A stretch of 15,048 nucleotides of DNA from an uncultured Nitrososphaeraceae archaeon (GTDB lineage: Archaea; Thermoproteota; Nitrososphaeria; Nitrososphaerales; Nitrososphaeraceae). The DNA lies in assembly GCA_963765895.1 (NCBI GenBank), contig CAVXZB010000039.1, positions 1-15,048 on the forward strand, given 5' to 3'. This document shows positions 7,419 through 15,048 of this stretch, in pieces. The notes beneath the pieces are model-generated. The model was not told the DNA's origin. It saw nothing but the letters and a program-made list of their open reading frames with translations, and made no database searches. Position 1 is the first letter of the stretch, and the number at the start of each line of letters is the position of its first letter. A program made the position numbers and the translations under genes.

Positions 7419-7704
7419 TGATTCATTTTTTAAATAAAAGATGCTATATTTATTCACACGCTAAGTTTTTTACTTTATTTTTTCAAGAACTAGCTAGACT
7501 AATAAGATACATCAAGTATATCAAGTAACAATCAAATAAAGAACGATTGCATCTCATTTAAGAATTCATAAACATCTAATATGTAGATGTGAGATCCAAG
7601 CTGGGGTGGCATTATGCTAGATCGTTATAGTAATCGTTATTGGCAAAGATAGTTACAAAACACAAAAATAGCCAAAGAAGTTTTATGTGATTGAGCTAGC
7701 TCCC

Positions 7705-9063
7705 ATGAGAACAAGTTTTTCTAAAATTTCAATGCAGTCATCAAAACTGTTTTCATGCTTGTTTATCATAATTATTATTATTGCATTTTTATATTCGACA
7801 ATATTATTGCCCCCTACCTATTTTTATGCTAATGCAGCTTATACTAAAGCTGTACCTGCAGCTGCTGGACCTACAATTAATGATCCGAATTTGAAAGCAG
7901 AGGTTATCTTTAAAGGACTTAAGATCCCGACAAGTATGGCATTTCTAGGTCCCAATGATATTTTGGTCCTAGAGAAAAATTCAGGAAATGTACTTAGAAT
8001 CGTAGATGGTCGCGTCTTAGAAAAACCGCTTTTGCATGTTAACGTGGCGACACAATTCCTAGAGTGGGGTCTTCTTGGGATTGCAATTTCAAGACAAGGC
8101 AATTCTGCTGGTGATGATAGTGGCCAAGGGCATACCTACGTTTTTCTCTATTACACTAAATCTACCGCAAATCCACGAGTCTCAGCGGGTAATCATCTTT
8201 ACAGATATGAATTAGTAAATGACCAATTAGTAAATCCAGTAGATTTGTTAAACCTACCTTCTAATGCACCTGACCCTCTTGTGGAAAGTAATCATAACGG
8301 TGGCAAAGTGCTAATAGGGCCTGATAATAACGTGTATACTGTCATAGGCGATGTAGGAAGTCATGATGGTCAGGCTCAGAATAACAAGATTGGTAAAAAA
8401 CTAGATGGAACAAGTGGTATATTAAGGATCACAAAAGATGGCCAACCTGTAGCACCAGACCCACTAGGCCAAGAGGATCCTACAAGAGTATATTATGCCT
8501 ATGGCATTAGAAATAGCTTCGGTATGGATTTTGATCCTGTTACTGGTAATTTATGGGATACTGAAAATGGACCTACTTATGGTGATGAGATTAACTTGGT
8601 GAAACCAGGATTTAACAGCGGTTGGAACCAGATAATGGGTGTTTGGCAGACAAATGGTCCGTTGCAAGGGCCAGTTGTAGAAAATCCTGCTAAGGATTTG
8701 ATAAACTTTGGTGGCAAGGGAATATACAGAGCTCCTGAATTTGTCTGGAATCAGACTGTAGGCCCATCAGCATTAAAATTCTTAAATTCGGCCAAATTTG
8801 GAAAACAATATGAAAATACAATATTCGTAGGTGATGTGAATACTGGCAATTTGTACAACTTTAAGCTGAATGAAGATAGAACTGGTCTATTGCTTAGTGG
8901 CCCGCTTGAAGGTAAAGTAGCAAATAGCCTGGATGATCTTAAACCGGTAATATTTGGGCATGGATTTGGTACGATTACTGATATAGAGGTCGGACCAGAT
9001 GGATTTCTATACGTTCTCACATTTGATGGTACAATATATCGGATCGTACATATAACAAGTTAA
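7705..9063 (+). CDS. PQQ-dependent sugar dehydrogenase (glucose/sorbosone dehydrogenase family, six-bladed beta-propeller), secreted or membrane-anchored
   Basis: Signal/TM LFIIIIIIAFLYSTILL, then motifs GLKIPTSMAFLGPNDILVLEK, E.GLLGIA, NHNGGKVLIGPD, YAYGIRNSFGMDFDP, TENGP..GDEINL..PGFNSGW and ITDIEVGPDGFLYV. The start is uncertain (GTG 7687, ATG 7705 or ATG 7732). Confidence 0.93.
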   Translation: MRTSFSKISMQSSKLFSCLFIIIIIIAFLYSTILLPPTYFYANAAYTKAVPAAAGPTINDPNLKAEVIFKGLKIPTSMAFLGPNDILVLEKNSGNVLRIVDGRVLEKPLLHVNVATQFLEWGLLGIAISRQGNSAGDDSGQGHTYVFLYYTKSTANPRVSAGNHLYRYELVNDQLVNPVDLLNLPSNAPDPLVESNHNGGKVLIGPDNNVYTVIGDVGSHDGQAQNNKIGKKLDGTSGILRITKDGQPVAPDPLGQEDPTRVYYAYGIRNSFGMDFDPVTGNLWDTENGPTYGDEINLVKPGFNSGWNQIMGVWQTNGPLQGPVVENPAKDLINFGGKGIYRAPEFVWNQTVGPSALKFLNSAKFGKQYENTIFVGDVNTGNLYNFKLNEDRTGLLLSGPLEGKVANSLDDLKPVIFGHGFGTITDIEVGPDGFLYVLTFDGTIYRIVHITS

Positions 9064-9321
9064 AAATAATGGAATATCTCCAAGGTTCATTCCATTATAA
9101 TTCACTAAATATATAGTTTATATATAATAAAATAATTTATGACTGATAATGCCATTGTATGGTAATTTATAAATAGTCTTTAATTAATTTAAATGAGCCT
9201 GGTTATTATCCTTATTGAAAAGAAAGGATGATCTAAATTCTATAACTTAAATCTATATTATAGTAAAGAATGCATATATAACTTCGTATATAACAATTTT
9301 CTATATAAATTGGAGTATAAG

Positions 9322-10368
9322 ATGTCATGGATACTTGTTGTTCTAATACTTATTGGGATTTGTTCTTCTGCTGCTATTTCTAATTGGCCATCTTCATATG
9401 CCCAAAAAACAGGCCTAGCAGCAACAAAAATAATTCCTTCAAGGATTATCACCACTACTACCAATTCGTCTTCAACCAAGTTAACGGCAGTTACAACTAG
9501 CGTTGCTTTAATTCCCAAAATAAAGATCCTGTCGCCATACAGCAGTCAAAAAATTCCAGTAGCTAATAATAATAACCTCATTGTCTCTGGCACTTCATCA
9601 TATGACAGATCAAAGGATTGTAGTGTTTCAGTACTTTTGAATGGAGTAAAGCCATATCAAAAGACTATTGCTACAGGCAACAATGGAGCAAGTGATTATT
9701 CTACTTGGAAATACAAGCTAGATCCGAGCTATACTGTAATTAGAGAGGGATCTAACAAATTAACTGCAAAAATTACTTGTCTTGACAATCCAACTAGTCT
9801 GAGCAAATGGACAAGTATTGATTTAATTGGAACAGGAGATGGTAATCACAATATTACTACTAGTGTAGTCAAGCTACTACCATTACAAATTTCGACTAGT
9901 GTTGATAAGAACCCAATTACTGCAGGAGATATACAGACTATTACTGTAAGAGTTCATAATCCAGATTCTGCAAATTCATCTGTTGGCGGAGCTAAGGTGA
10001 GCGGACAAATTATTGATTTATCATCCTTCTCATCTTCCATTTTTCCTTCTAAAAATACGAACGTGGTTGTAGAGCAATTCGGCGGTAATACAGATATAAA
10101 TGGTGAAGTTTCATACTCCTGGAAAGTACCTTGGAATACTCCGGTAGGTACACCTTATATAGTAAAGGTAGGTGTTTTATCGAGCAAGTACAACGGGAGA
10201 TCAGAATCCAATATATTTACTGTAAAACCTTCATCAAATAACGACGAGCCTTTTATTTTAGCTCAGGCCAGTAGGGACTTTACTAACGGTTTAAACGATA
10301 ACATAAAGAATTTTACTCAGGATATATTCGACAAGGTCAGAAATAGCTTGGAAAACAATTTGAGATAA
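9322..10368 (+). CDS. Secreted protein with two Ig-like beta-sandwich domains
   Basis: Signal peptide MSWILVVLILIGICSSAAIS...SYA|Q and a Thr/Ser linker. Domain 1 reads 'KIKILSP..SQKIPV..LIVSGTSS..DCSVSV..N..KPYQ..A.G..G..DYSTW...EGSNKLTAKITC' with a Cys pair. Domain 2 reads 'PI..GD.QTITV.V...VGGAKVSG.I...G.TD.NGEVSYSWKV'. ATG 9322 is preferred to TTG 9310. Confidence 0.8.
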   Translation: MSWILVVLILIGICSSAAISNWPSSYAQKTGLAATKIIPSRIITTTTNSSSTKLTAVTTSVALIPKIKILSPYSSQKIPVANNNNLIVSGTSSYDRSKDCSVSVLLNGVKPYQKTIATGNNGASDYSTWKYKLDPSYTVIREGSNKLTAKITCLDNPTSLSKWTSIDLIGTGDGNHNITTSVVKLLPLQISTSVDKNPITAGDIQTITVRVHNPDSANSSVGGAKVSGQIIDLSSFSSSIFPSKNTNVVVEQFGGNTDINGEVSYSWKVPWNTPVGTPYIVKVGVLSSKYNGRSESNIFTVKPSSNNDEPFILAQASRDFTNGLNDNIKNFTQDIFDKVRNSLENNLR

Positions 10369-10528
10369 AAAGGGAGTTCCGTATAATTATGGATAACGCC
10401 AAGCAATGAATAGGATAATTATATCTTCAACTACATTAAACCTAGTGATTGATTTTATGATTATATGGATTATCACATTATGATAGAATAATGTTACGTT
10501 GATCAGTACAGCACATTTCTCACAGAAG

Positions 10529-10862
10529 ATGACCATTACAACCATAGCACTCGTATCAACACTACTCCTTGTTTCATTCGCGATGCCTGCAATACAAATT
10601 GCTAAAGCCCCAATATGTTAGCTCAGGAGGCCCATCGGCGAGTCTAGAAGAACAACTCAAACTCGCTAGAGAAAAAGTTCAAAATGCCAAACAAGTTGGA
10701 GCATATGGTTCAAGAACTCCAATGCCTGCGGTTAATCTAAATGAAACTGAAATCTATATAATCGCAATTGTGATAATATTCGGTGCTATATCTGCTGGGT
10801 TTTTCTATATGGGGCAAAGAGTTACAAGAAGAGCAGAAGTGAAAGATAGCAAAGGACAATAA
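10529..10862 (+). pseudogene. Small membrane protein (signal peptide plus C-terminal TM helix), apparent 1-nt insertion
   Basis: ATG 10529 gives the signal peptide MTITTIALVSTLLLVSFAMPAIQIAKA. Removing one C from the run 10608-10611 joins it to QYVSSGGPSASLEEQLKLAREKV...GAYGSRTPM...IYIIAIVIIFGAISAGFFYMGQRVTRR. The track's N-terminus MFHSRCLQ is therefore probably spurious. Confidence 0.75.
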
Positions 10863-10899
10863 TACCACTTTCTAAAACAGTCATTTTTTAACTAAGAAC

Positions 10900-11361
10900 C
10901 TATCCCAAAATTATCCTCCTGTAAATAAGAATGCAACAACCCAAACATACTAACGCAAAATAGTTTTCTAATTTCTTCTCATATCTAACCAAAAGTTTTC
11001 TGAACCTGTTATGCCAGGAGTTGGTTCTTTCTACAACCCATCTTCTAGCAGGATGCCGATGATGATTTGTTATTGATTGTTCTCCTCTATGACGAATGTG
11101 TGGTAGATATCCTTTCTTGATAACACCATTCTCAATCTCCTGAAAGTCATATCCTTTATCAAGATAAAGATTCTGTTTCTCTTTATACTTCTTAGAATGC
11201 CGTCTTTTAACTACAATATTATCTAGCGTGTTTATAGCTGCCTTCATATCATGGGTATTGGCCGCAGTTATAACTACAGATAATGGAATACCTTGTCCAT
11301 CAGTTAATACATGACGTTTCGTTCCTAACTTGCCTCTATCTGTGGGAGTAGGACCTGTCAT
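10900..11361 (-). CDS. IS5-family transposase, C-terminal catalytic part (orfB)
   Basis: TGPTPTDRGKLGTKRHVLTDGQGIPL, AANTHD, LYLDKGYD (second D) and RWVVERTNSW..RFRKL..RYEK (E). The stop lies inside the IR. Confidence 0.92.
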   Translation of the reverse strand: MTGPTPTDRGKLGTKRHVLTDGQGIPLSVVITAANTHDMKAAINTLDNIVVKRRHSKKYKEKQNLYLDKGYDFQEIENGVIKKGYLPHIRHRGEQSITNHHRHPARRWVVERTNSWHNRFRKLLVRYEKKLENYFALVCLGCCILIYRRIILG

Positions 11362-11726
11362 TTCCCCCCTAAGGGTGCCTTTACAGATATACTATCAAGA
11401 GATTGCCAGTTCCATTGAATTCCTACTACATCATCATACACTTTCAGCAGTCTAGTCCATAATCTCTCAAATACCTTAGATAAGGACCATTGCTGAAATC
11501 TTCTATGACATGTTGAACCTGAACCATATTCCTTTGGCAACATCTTCCATTGACATCCAGTTCTTAAGACATACAAAATGCCATCCAACACCTTCCTAAA
11601 TGATACTGCTGGACGTCCTATGGTATTATTTGGTTTTTCTGAGGGAAGTATAAGCCTTATCTCGTCCCATAATTCATCAGGAACTCTTTTGATAGTCGGA
11701 AGGTATTTGACTCTACAGTAAACCAC
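11358..11726 (-). CDS. IS5-family transposase, N-terminal part (orfA, DUF4096-like)
   Basis: DELWDEIRLILP, GRP, RKVLDGILYVLRTGCQWKMLP..YGSGSTCHRRFQQW and SLDSISVKAP (first D). Overlaps orfB at ATGA after GGGGGGAAA. Confidence 0.92.
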   Translation of the reverse strand: MVYCRVKYLPTIKRVPDELWDEIRLILPSEKPNNTIGRPAVSFRKVLDGILYVLRTGCQWKMLPKEYGSGSTCHRRFQQWSLSKVFERLWTRLLKVYDDVVGIQWNWQSLDSISVKAPLGGK

Positions 11727-11849
11727 ACTTATGAGCTGGACAGTCTCAGACTATATGTCTATCTATTTTTGGGATGGGTTCTAAGTATAGTCTTGATAAC
11801 CTTATGTGGCCTTGTGTAATCCAATCAATATTGGTCCCTAAAGTCATTA

Positions 11850-11969
11850 TTACCATACGAATCCCTTGTCAGAGCAATCAAGCTCCGCTCCACAATTAGG
11901 ACATAATACATGACACGGCTGTATCTCTATCATTAGAAAACCGCATCTAAAACACTCAACATTTTTCAT
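11850..11969 (-). CDS. Small archaeal CPxCG-type zinc-finger protein (39 aa)
   Basis: MKNVECFRCGFLMIEIQPCHVLCPNCGAELDCSDKGFVW*: CxxCG, CH.xCPNCG and DCSD, with six Cys and one His. Below the ORF-track cutoff. Confidence 0.85.
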   Translation of the reverse strand: MKNVECFRCGFLMIEIQPCHVLCPNCGAELDCSDKGFVW

Positions 11970-12644
11970 TACTATTGTGTTAACTATGATCAACACTTTA
12001 TTTTTACTCTACGATCTTTGCCAAACAATATAGTGCGGACATCTGGTAAGTATTTTGTATTTGTGCAGGATGGTATCATCTTATCACTTATCAGATTAAA
12101 TTAATGTTAATATTTACAAATTCTGGTCACTGTTAACATTTTTTAGTCCTATATTTATGGATTTAGATCTAGATTCAGCATCTTTTATGCATTCTAGATG
12201 ATACTTTAACTTTTTAACAATTTAGAATATCGTAATTTACAAACGTATAAAACCAATGAAAGTAATCATTTTATCTACAATTAGATTGACAAATTAAGAA
12301 CTATAACAGGTACAAAATTTGAAAGTTCATGAAATAACTAATTGTAAAGCTATGACAGTACAAGTCATTACGGATAGAACATGGCTTATTAGTAACATGC
12401 TTAGGCAGAATTTTTATAAGGAATTGGTTCTAATATTTTCGACTTATGTCTCATATCCTACAAGTATAGAGTAACTCTCTTGAAAATATTTACCACGATG
12501 GAGATATATAGATTGATGGATTAGATAAAGCTACCAAAATTGTTTGCTATCATTTTTTATACACGTCCGATATAGTTTTTCATATCGATTAATGTATTCA
12601 ATTACAATGTTCTTGTCTATATCTAGATTTATGTATGAATTTAG

Positions 12645-12926
12645 TCAGCCAGCTCTCTTGATTATATGATATCCAAATTCTGTCTTAATGGGTTCTGGGG
12701 TCATTTCACCCTTATTAAGCTTGAACGCTGCCTCTTCAAATGGCCTTACCATCATTCCCCTTCCAAAAAGTCCCAAATCCCCGCCCCGCTTTGCACTGCC
12801 CTTGTCAATTGATAATTGCCTAGCAAGATTTGAGAAACTTTCACCATTTTTGAGACGTTCCAATATCATAACAGCTTCACTTTGTTTCTTCACCAGTATG
12901 TGGGAACATTTAATTTTGTCAGCCAA
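12645..12926 (-). CDS. pinA: Parvulin-type peptidyl-prolyl cis-trans isomerase (single domain, 93 aa)
   Basis: From TTG 12926: (M)[17 protein letters not shown]...[43 protein letters not shown]...[14 protein letters not shown]. These are rotamase motifs, and the N-terminus matches the thaumarchaeal parvulin start [14 protein letters not shown] as I recall it, so the track's 23 extra residues are probably not translated. Confidence 0.95.
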   Translation of the reverse strand: MADKIKCSHILVKKQSEAVMILERLKNGESFSNLARQLSIDKGSAKRGGDLGLFGRGMMVRPFEEAAFKLNKGEMTPEPIKTEFGYHIIKRAG

Positions 12927-13075
12927 ACCTTTTGAATTCTTACCTCCCCTAATAGGTATTTGCGTATATATCTCAATAAATACATTACTTTGCACAATTT
13001 CGCTGCTAACAAGGAGTACAACGTTCCTTTAGTATTTCAATACTAGTTGTCCTTCTCTAACTAGATAGTTTCAAT

Positions 13076-13560
13076 CTAGTTTGTATTCTTGCTTTTCTCG
13101 GTTTTCTCCAAATACTGTGTAAATCTAGGAGGTATATAGAAAATCCTTTCTGGTACTATCTTGAGAATTATCCTTTCAACACCTACTGAATGAGCAGGAT
13201 ATGTCTCAGTTCTAAGATATCTCTTAGCAAGGTTATCAATATGTTTTTTTGCACCAGCCGTGGTTTGTTCAATAACTTTGCCTTTTATTGTTATCATGCT
13301 ATAAGGATTTGTTTCTGAATCAATCATAGAAATTGAGACTCTCGGATCTCGTGATACGTTCCTATGTTTCAGCCGACCCTTTGCAGTATTTACTAATATT
13401 ACTCTACCGCCTATAGCATTATCTTCGACTAAATCTATCCATACTGGAGTAACCTGTGGCGAGCCGTCTTTATTTACAGTAGCTAAAAAAGCAAAACTTT
13501 TACTCTTAAAAAATTTCCAAACATGCTCATTACGGTATCCGCTTGGTAACCCTTGCTCAT
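13076..13560 (-). pseudogene. PPOX-class putative F420-dependent oxidoreductase (Rv1155/TIGR03618-like) with a damaged 5' end
   Basis: The frame stays open far upstream of the track's ATG 13327: NEHVWKFFKSKSFAFLATVNKDGSPQVTPVWIDL...ILVNTAKGRLKHRNVSRDPRVSISMID..NPY..ITIKGKVIE...GAKKHIDNLAKRYL..E.YP....ERIILKIVPE. There is no in-frame ATG/GTG/TTG between TGA 13580-13582 and 13327. The ATG at 13560 (MSKGYQA) is out of frame. Confidence 0.85.
13524..13560. repeat. 7-bp direct repeat TGCTCAT flanking a 23-bp core
   Basis: TGCTCAT at 13524-13530 and 13554-13560. The core TACGGTATCCGCTTGGTAACCCT has imperfect dyad symmetry. Confidence 0.45.
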
Positions 13561-14228
13561 CAGTTATAGAACAGAGGAATCAATTTGTGGTTATATATTC
13601 CATATGATCTGAAATGACAATGTTTGACCTGCCACCTTAATCACCAGTAAGAGATGACATTATGATCGAGTCAATACCAGATAATTTCTTTGAAAAGGAT
13701 ATCTGTAACCTGTTCTATATTTATTTATAAGGTTCGCTTGGCAGATTTGTCACATTAAATATTATTACAAAAGAATTTAGAAAGTCATGGCTTTAATTTT
13801 TCATCGAAAATCTATTCTGTAATAAATATTAAATAAATTTGCATTATCTTACTGCTTTATATATATAGCATCTTTAAACATTCTGGTAATTCAGTTAGCT
13901 AATGATGCCAGACATATTAATTGTACTAAAAAGATTTCACTTTATACTATAACTATAAAACTAACTAATGTAACTAGTGAACTAAAAAATATTCCTGCTA
14001 GATCAATTATTCTTATTTTTGGTATTATGACCATCGTTATTATTATTATTACCATCCATAATCAGAATGGACCGGCCATGACAGTCAAGTAACTGTGCCT
14101 TTTGACGCGTGGACTTGAAATGTGATTCATAATCCTTTTGATGACAAGCAGAATTTCTTTAATTCTAAATCTTTATAGCCTGATGGAATTGACCTTTCAT
14201 ATTCAAGGATTTTGTTTAGAGTATCGTT

Positions 14229-14280
14229 ATCAATATTATCATCAATATTATCATCAATATTGTTATTGTCATTATTGTCC
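14229..14280. repeat. 12-bp tandem repeat (ATCAATATTATC-type, about 3 units; encodes NIDD on the minus strand) merging into an AAT/AAC-rich tract
   Basis: atcaatattatc atcaatattatc atcaatattgtt attgtcattattgtc; the protein reads DNNDNNNIDDNIDDNIDND. Confidence 0.7.
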
Positions 14281-14403
14281 CTGTAAGATGCAGAATTAAA
14301 GTGAAAAAATGAACCCATATCTGAAAAGTATAGTAATACCAGTTTATTGTTTTTTATACCATATTAGGTAATATTCTTATCAGTGATAAAAGGTTCAGCT
14401 TAT

Positions 14404-14454
14404 TTATTATTATTATTATTATTGTTGTTATTGTCATTGTTATCTTCTTCTTCT
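14404..14454. repeat. (TTA)n/(TTG)n microsatellite and (TTC)n tract encoding poly-Asn and poly-Glu within the MEDS pseudogene
   Basis: ttattattattattattattgttgttattgtcattgttatcttcttcttct. Confidence 0.7.
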
Positions 14455-15048
14455 TTATCTATTTCATCATAATGAAGATGATTATCATTATTATAACCTT
14501 GATTAAAATATGATGCTAGTCAATCAACAATTACTAGTGAACCATCTTGTATATATCCTTCCACATTCAAAGTCTTACTCTTACCATTACTTCCGTTTAG
14601 CAATATCTGTCTCATTGTAGATGGATGCTCATAATATGACAATATTAAGAAATCTCATCATTCTCAAGTAGAGATTTCATATTCTGGATATACTTTTCTT
14701 AGACTCGTATATCAGAATAAACTATAAGGTTATGAGAGCCAGGTAGCACCGTTGGTAATGCCTCTAAACCGTGATGACTCCTCGTGTTATTTTATTCTCA
14801 TCTGGTGCATTAGAATGGATGTTATATTTTACGTCTTCCCAGTCTTTACATATGCTTTATCCATAAGATATACCTAATTATGTTATACATTATATTAAAT
14901 GCTTATATTGTTATTGGTTTGAGGCATTATACCATGGATATTTAATGAATCTATGTATCATCTTATAATACTAATACTTAAATTCATAGTCACGTCTTAT
15001 TTTAATGTTAAGTCTCAATATCATTTATTTTCATTATCAAGTAAATAT

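Larger units (their letters stand above)
10896..11781 (-). mobile_element. Complete IS5-family insertion sequence (886 bp, two-ORF type)
   Basis: Terminal inverted repeats GAACCTATCCCAAAA (10896-10910) and reverse-complement GAACCCATCCCAAAA (11767-11781) match at 14/15. They are flanked by a TAA direct repeat (10893-10895 and 11782-11784) and enclose two transposase ORFs. Confidence 0.93.
14003..14864 (-). pseudogene. Heavily degraded MEDS (DcmR-like sensory) domain protein
   Basis: Fragments across frames: MDKAYVKTGKT* ... PGSHNLIVYSDIRV / RKVYPEY / KSLLENDEI / LILSYYEHPSTMRQILL...LNVEGYIQDGSLVIVD*LASYF ... GITIL / SDMGSFFHF...KILEYERSIPSGYKDLELKKFCL / HQKDYESHF...AQLLDCHGRSI. This matches the MEDS pattern (H...vY, G.L.i.d, DMg, l.eYE, C.Y, l...H). 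Many stops and frameshifts. Confidence 0.8.

Noticed and set aside
7839-9518. Minus-strand ORFs 7839..8102, 8751..9020 and 9258..9518
   Set aside because: Antisense to GSDH and the Ig-like gene; no recognisable features.
11782-11847. Short ORF MTLGTNIDWITQGHIRLSRLYL apparently interrupted by the IS
   Set aside because: The reconstructed empty site yields only 25 aa with no motif; not supportable as a gene.
12167-12199. Imperfect hairpin ATCTAGA...GCAT-CTTTT-ATGC...TCTAGAT
   Set aside because: Short, AT-rich and built on self-palindromic hexamers; not distinguishable from chance and not a known ncRNA.
12688-13032. 114-aa plus-strand ORF
   Set aside because: Antisense shadow of the parvulin gene.
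13059-13081. 8-bp inverted repeat AACTAGAT/ATCTAGTT at the PPOX stop
   Set aside because: Weak AT-rich stem with no following T-tract on the coding strand.
14229-14454. Possible CRISPR-like or iteron repeats
   Set aside because: Units are contiguous 3- and 12-bp tandem repeats with no spacers, lying within a decayed coding region.

Overview
AT-rich archaeal window, most consistent with a soil ammonia-oxidising archaeon (Nitrososphaeraceae). This is inferred from a parvulin closely resembling the thaumarchaeal NmPin/CsPinA type, a secreted PQQ sugar dehydrogenase, MEDS and CHRD family remnants, and TATA boxes about 26-28 nt before ATGs. Intact genes: a small HTH protein, a 774-aa Hef/Mph1/FANCM-type SF2 helicase whose C-terminus looks like winged helix plus OB-like fold rather than an ERCC4 nuclease, a glucose/sorbosone dehydrogenase, a secreted Ig-like protein, a parvulin and several microproteins missed by the ORF track. 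A complete 886-bp IS5-family element (15-bp IRs, TAA target duplication, split transposase) lies at 10896-11781. Much of the apparent intergenic DNA is broken genes: a CHRD remnant, two PPOX/F420-binding genes, a MEDS gene and three secreted or membrane genes. The best novelty leads are the helicase C-terminal architecture, a co-oriented cluster of four tiny ORFs at 5133-5950 (two Cys/His-rich), a secreted protein with a hidden DGD...HxELHP domain split by two compensating homopolymer indels, and a perfect palindrome over the HTH gene's TATA box. No CRISPR array, rRNA or tRNA was seen. All family calls come from motif recognition by eye, not database searches.
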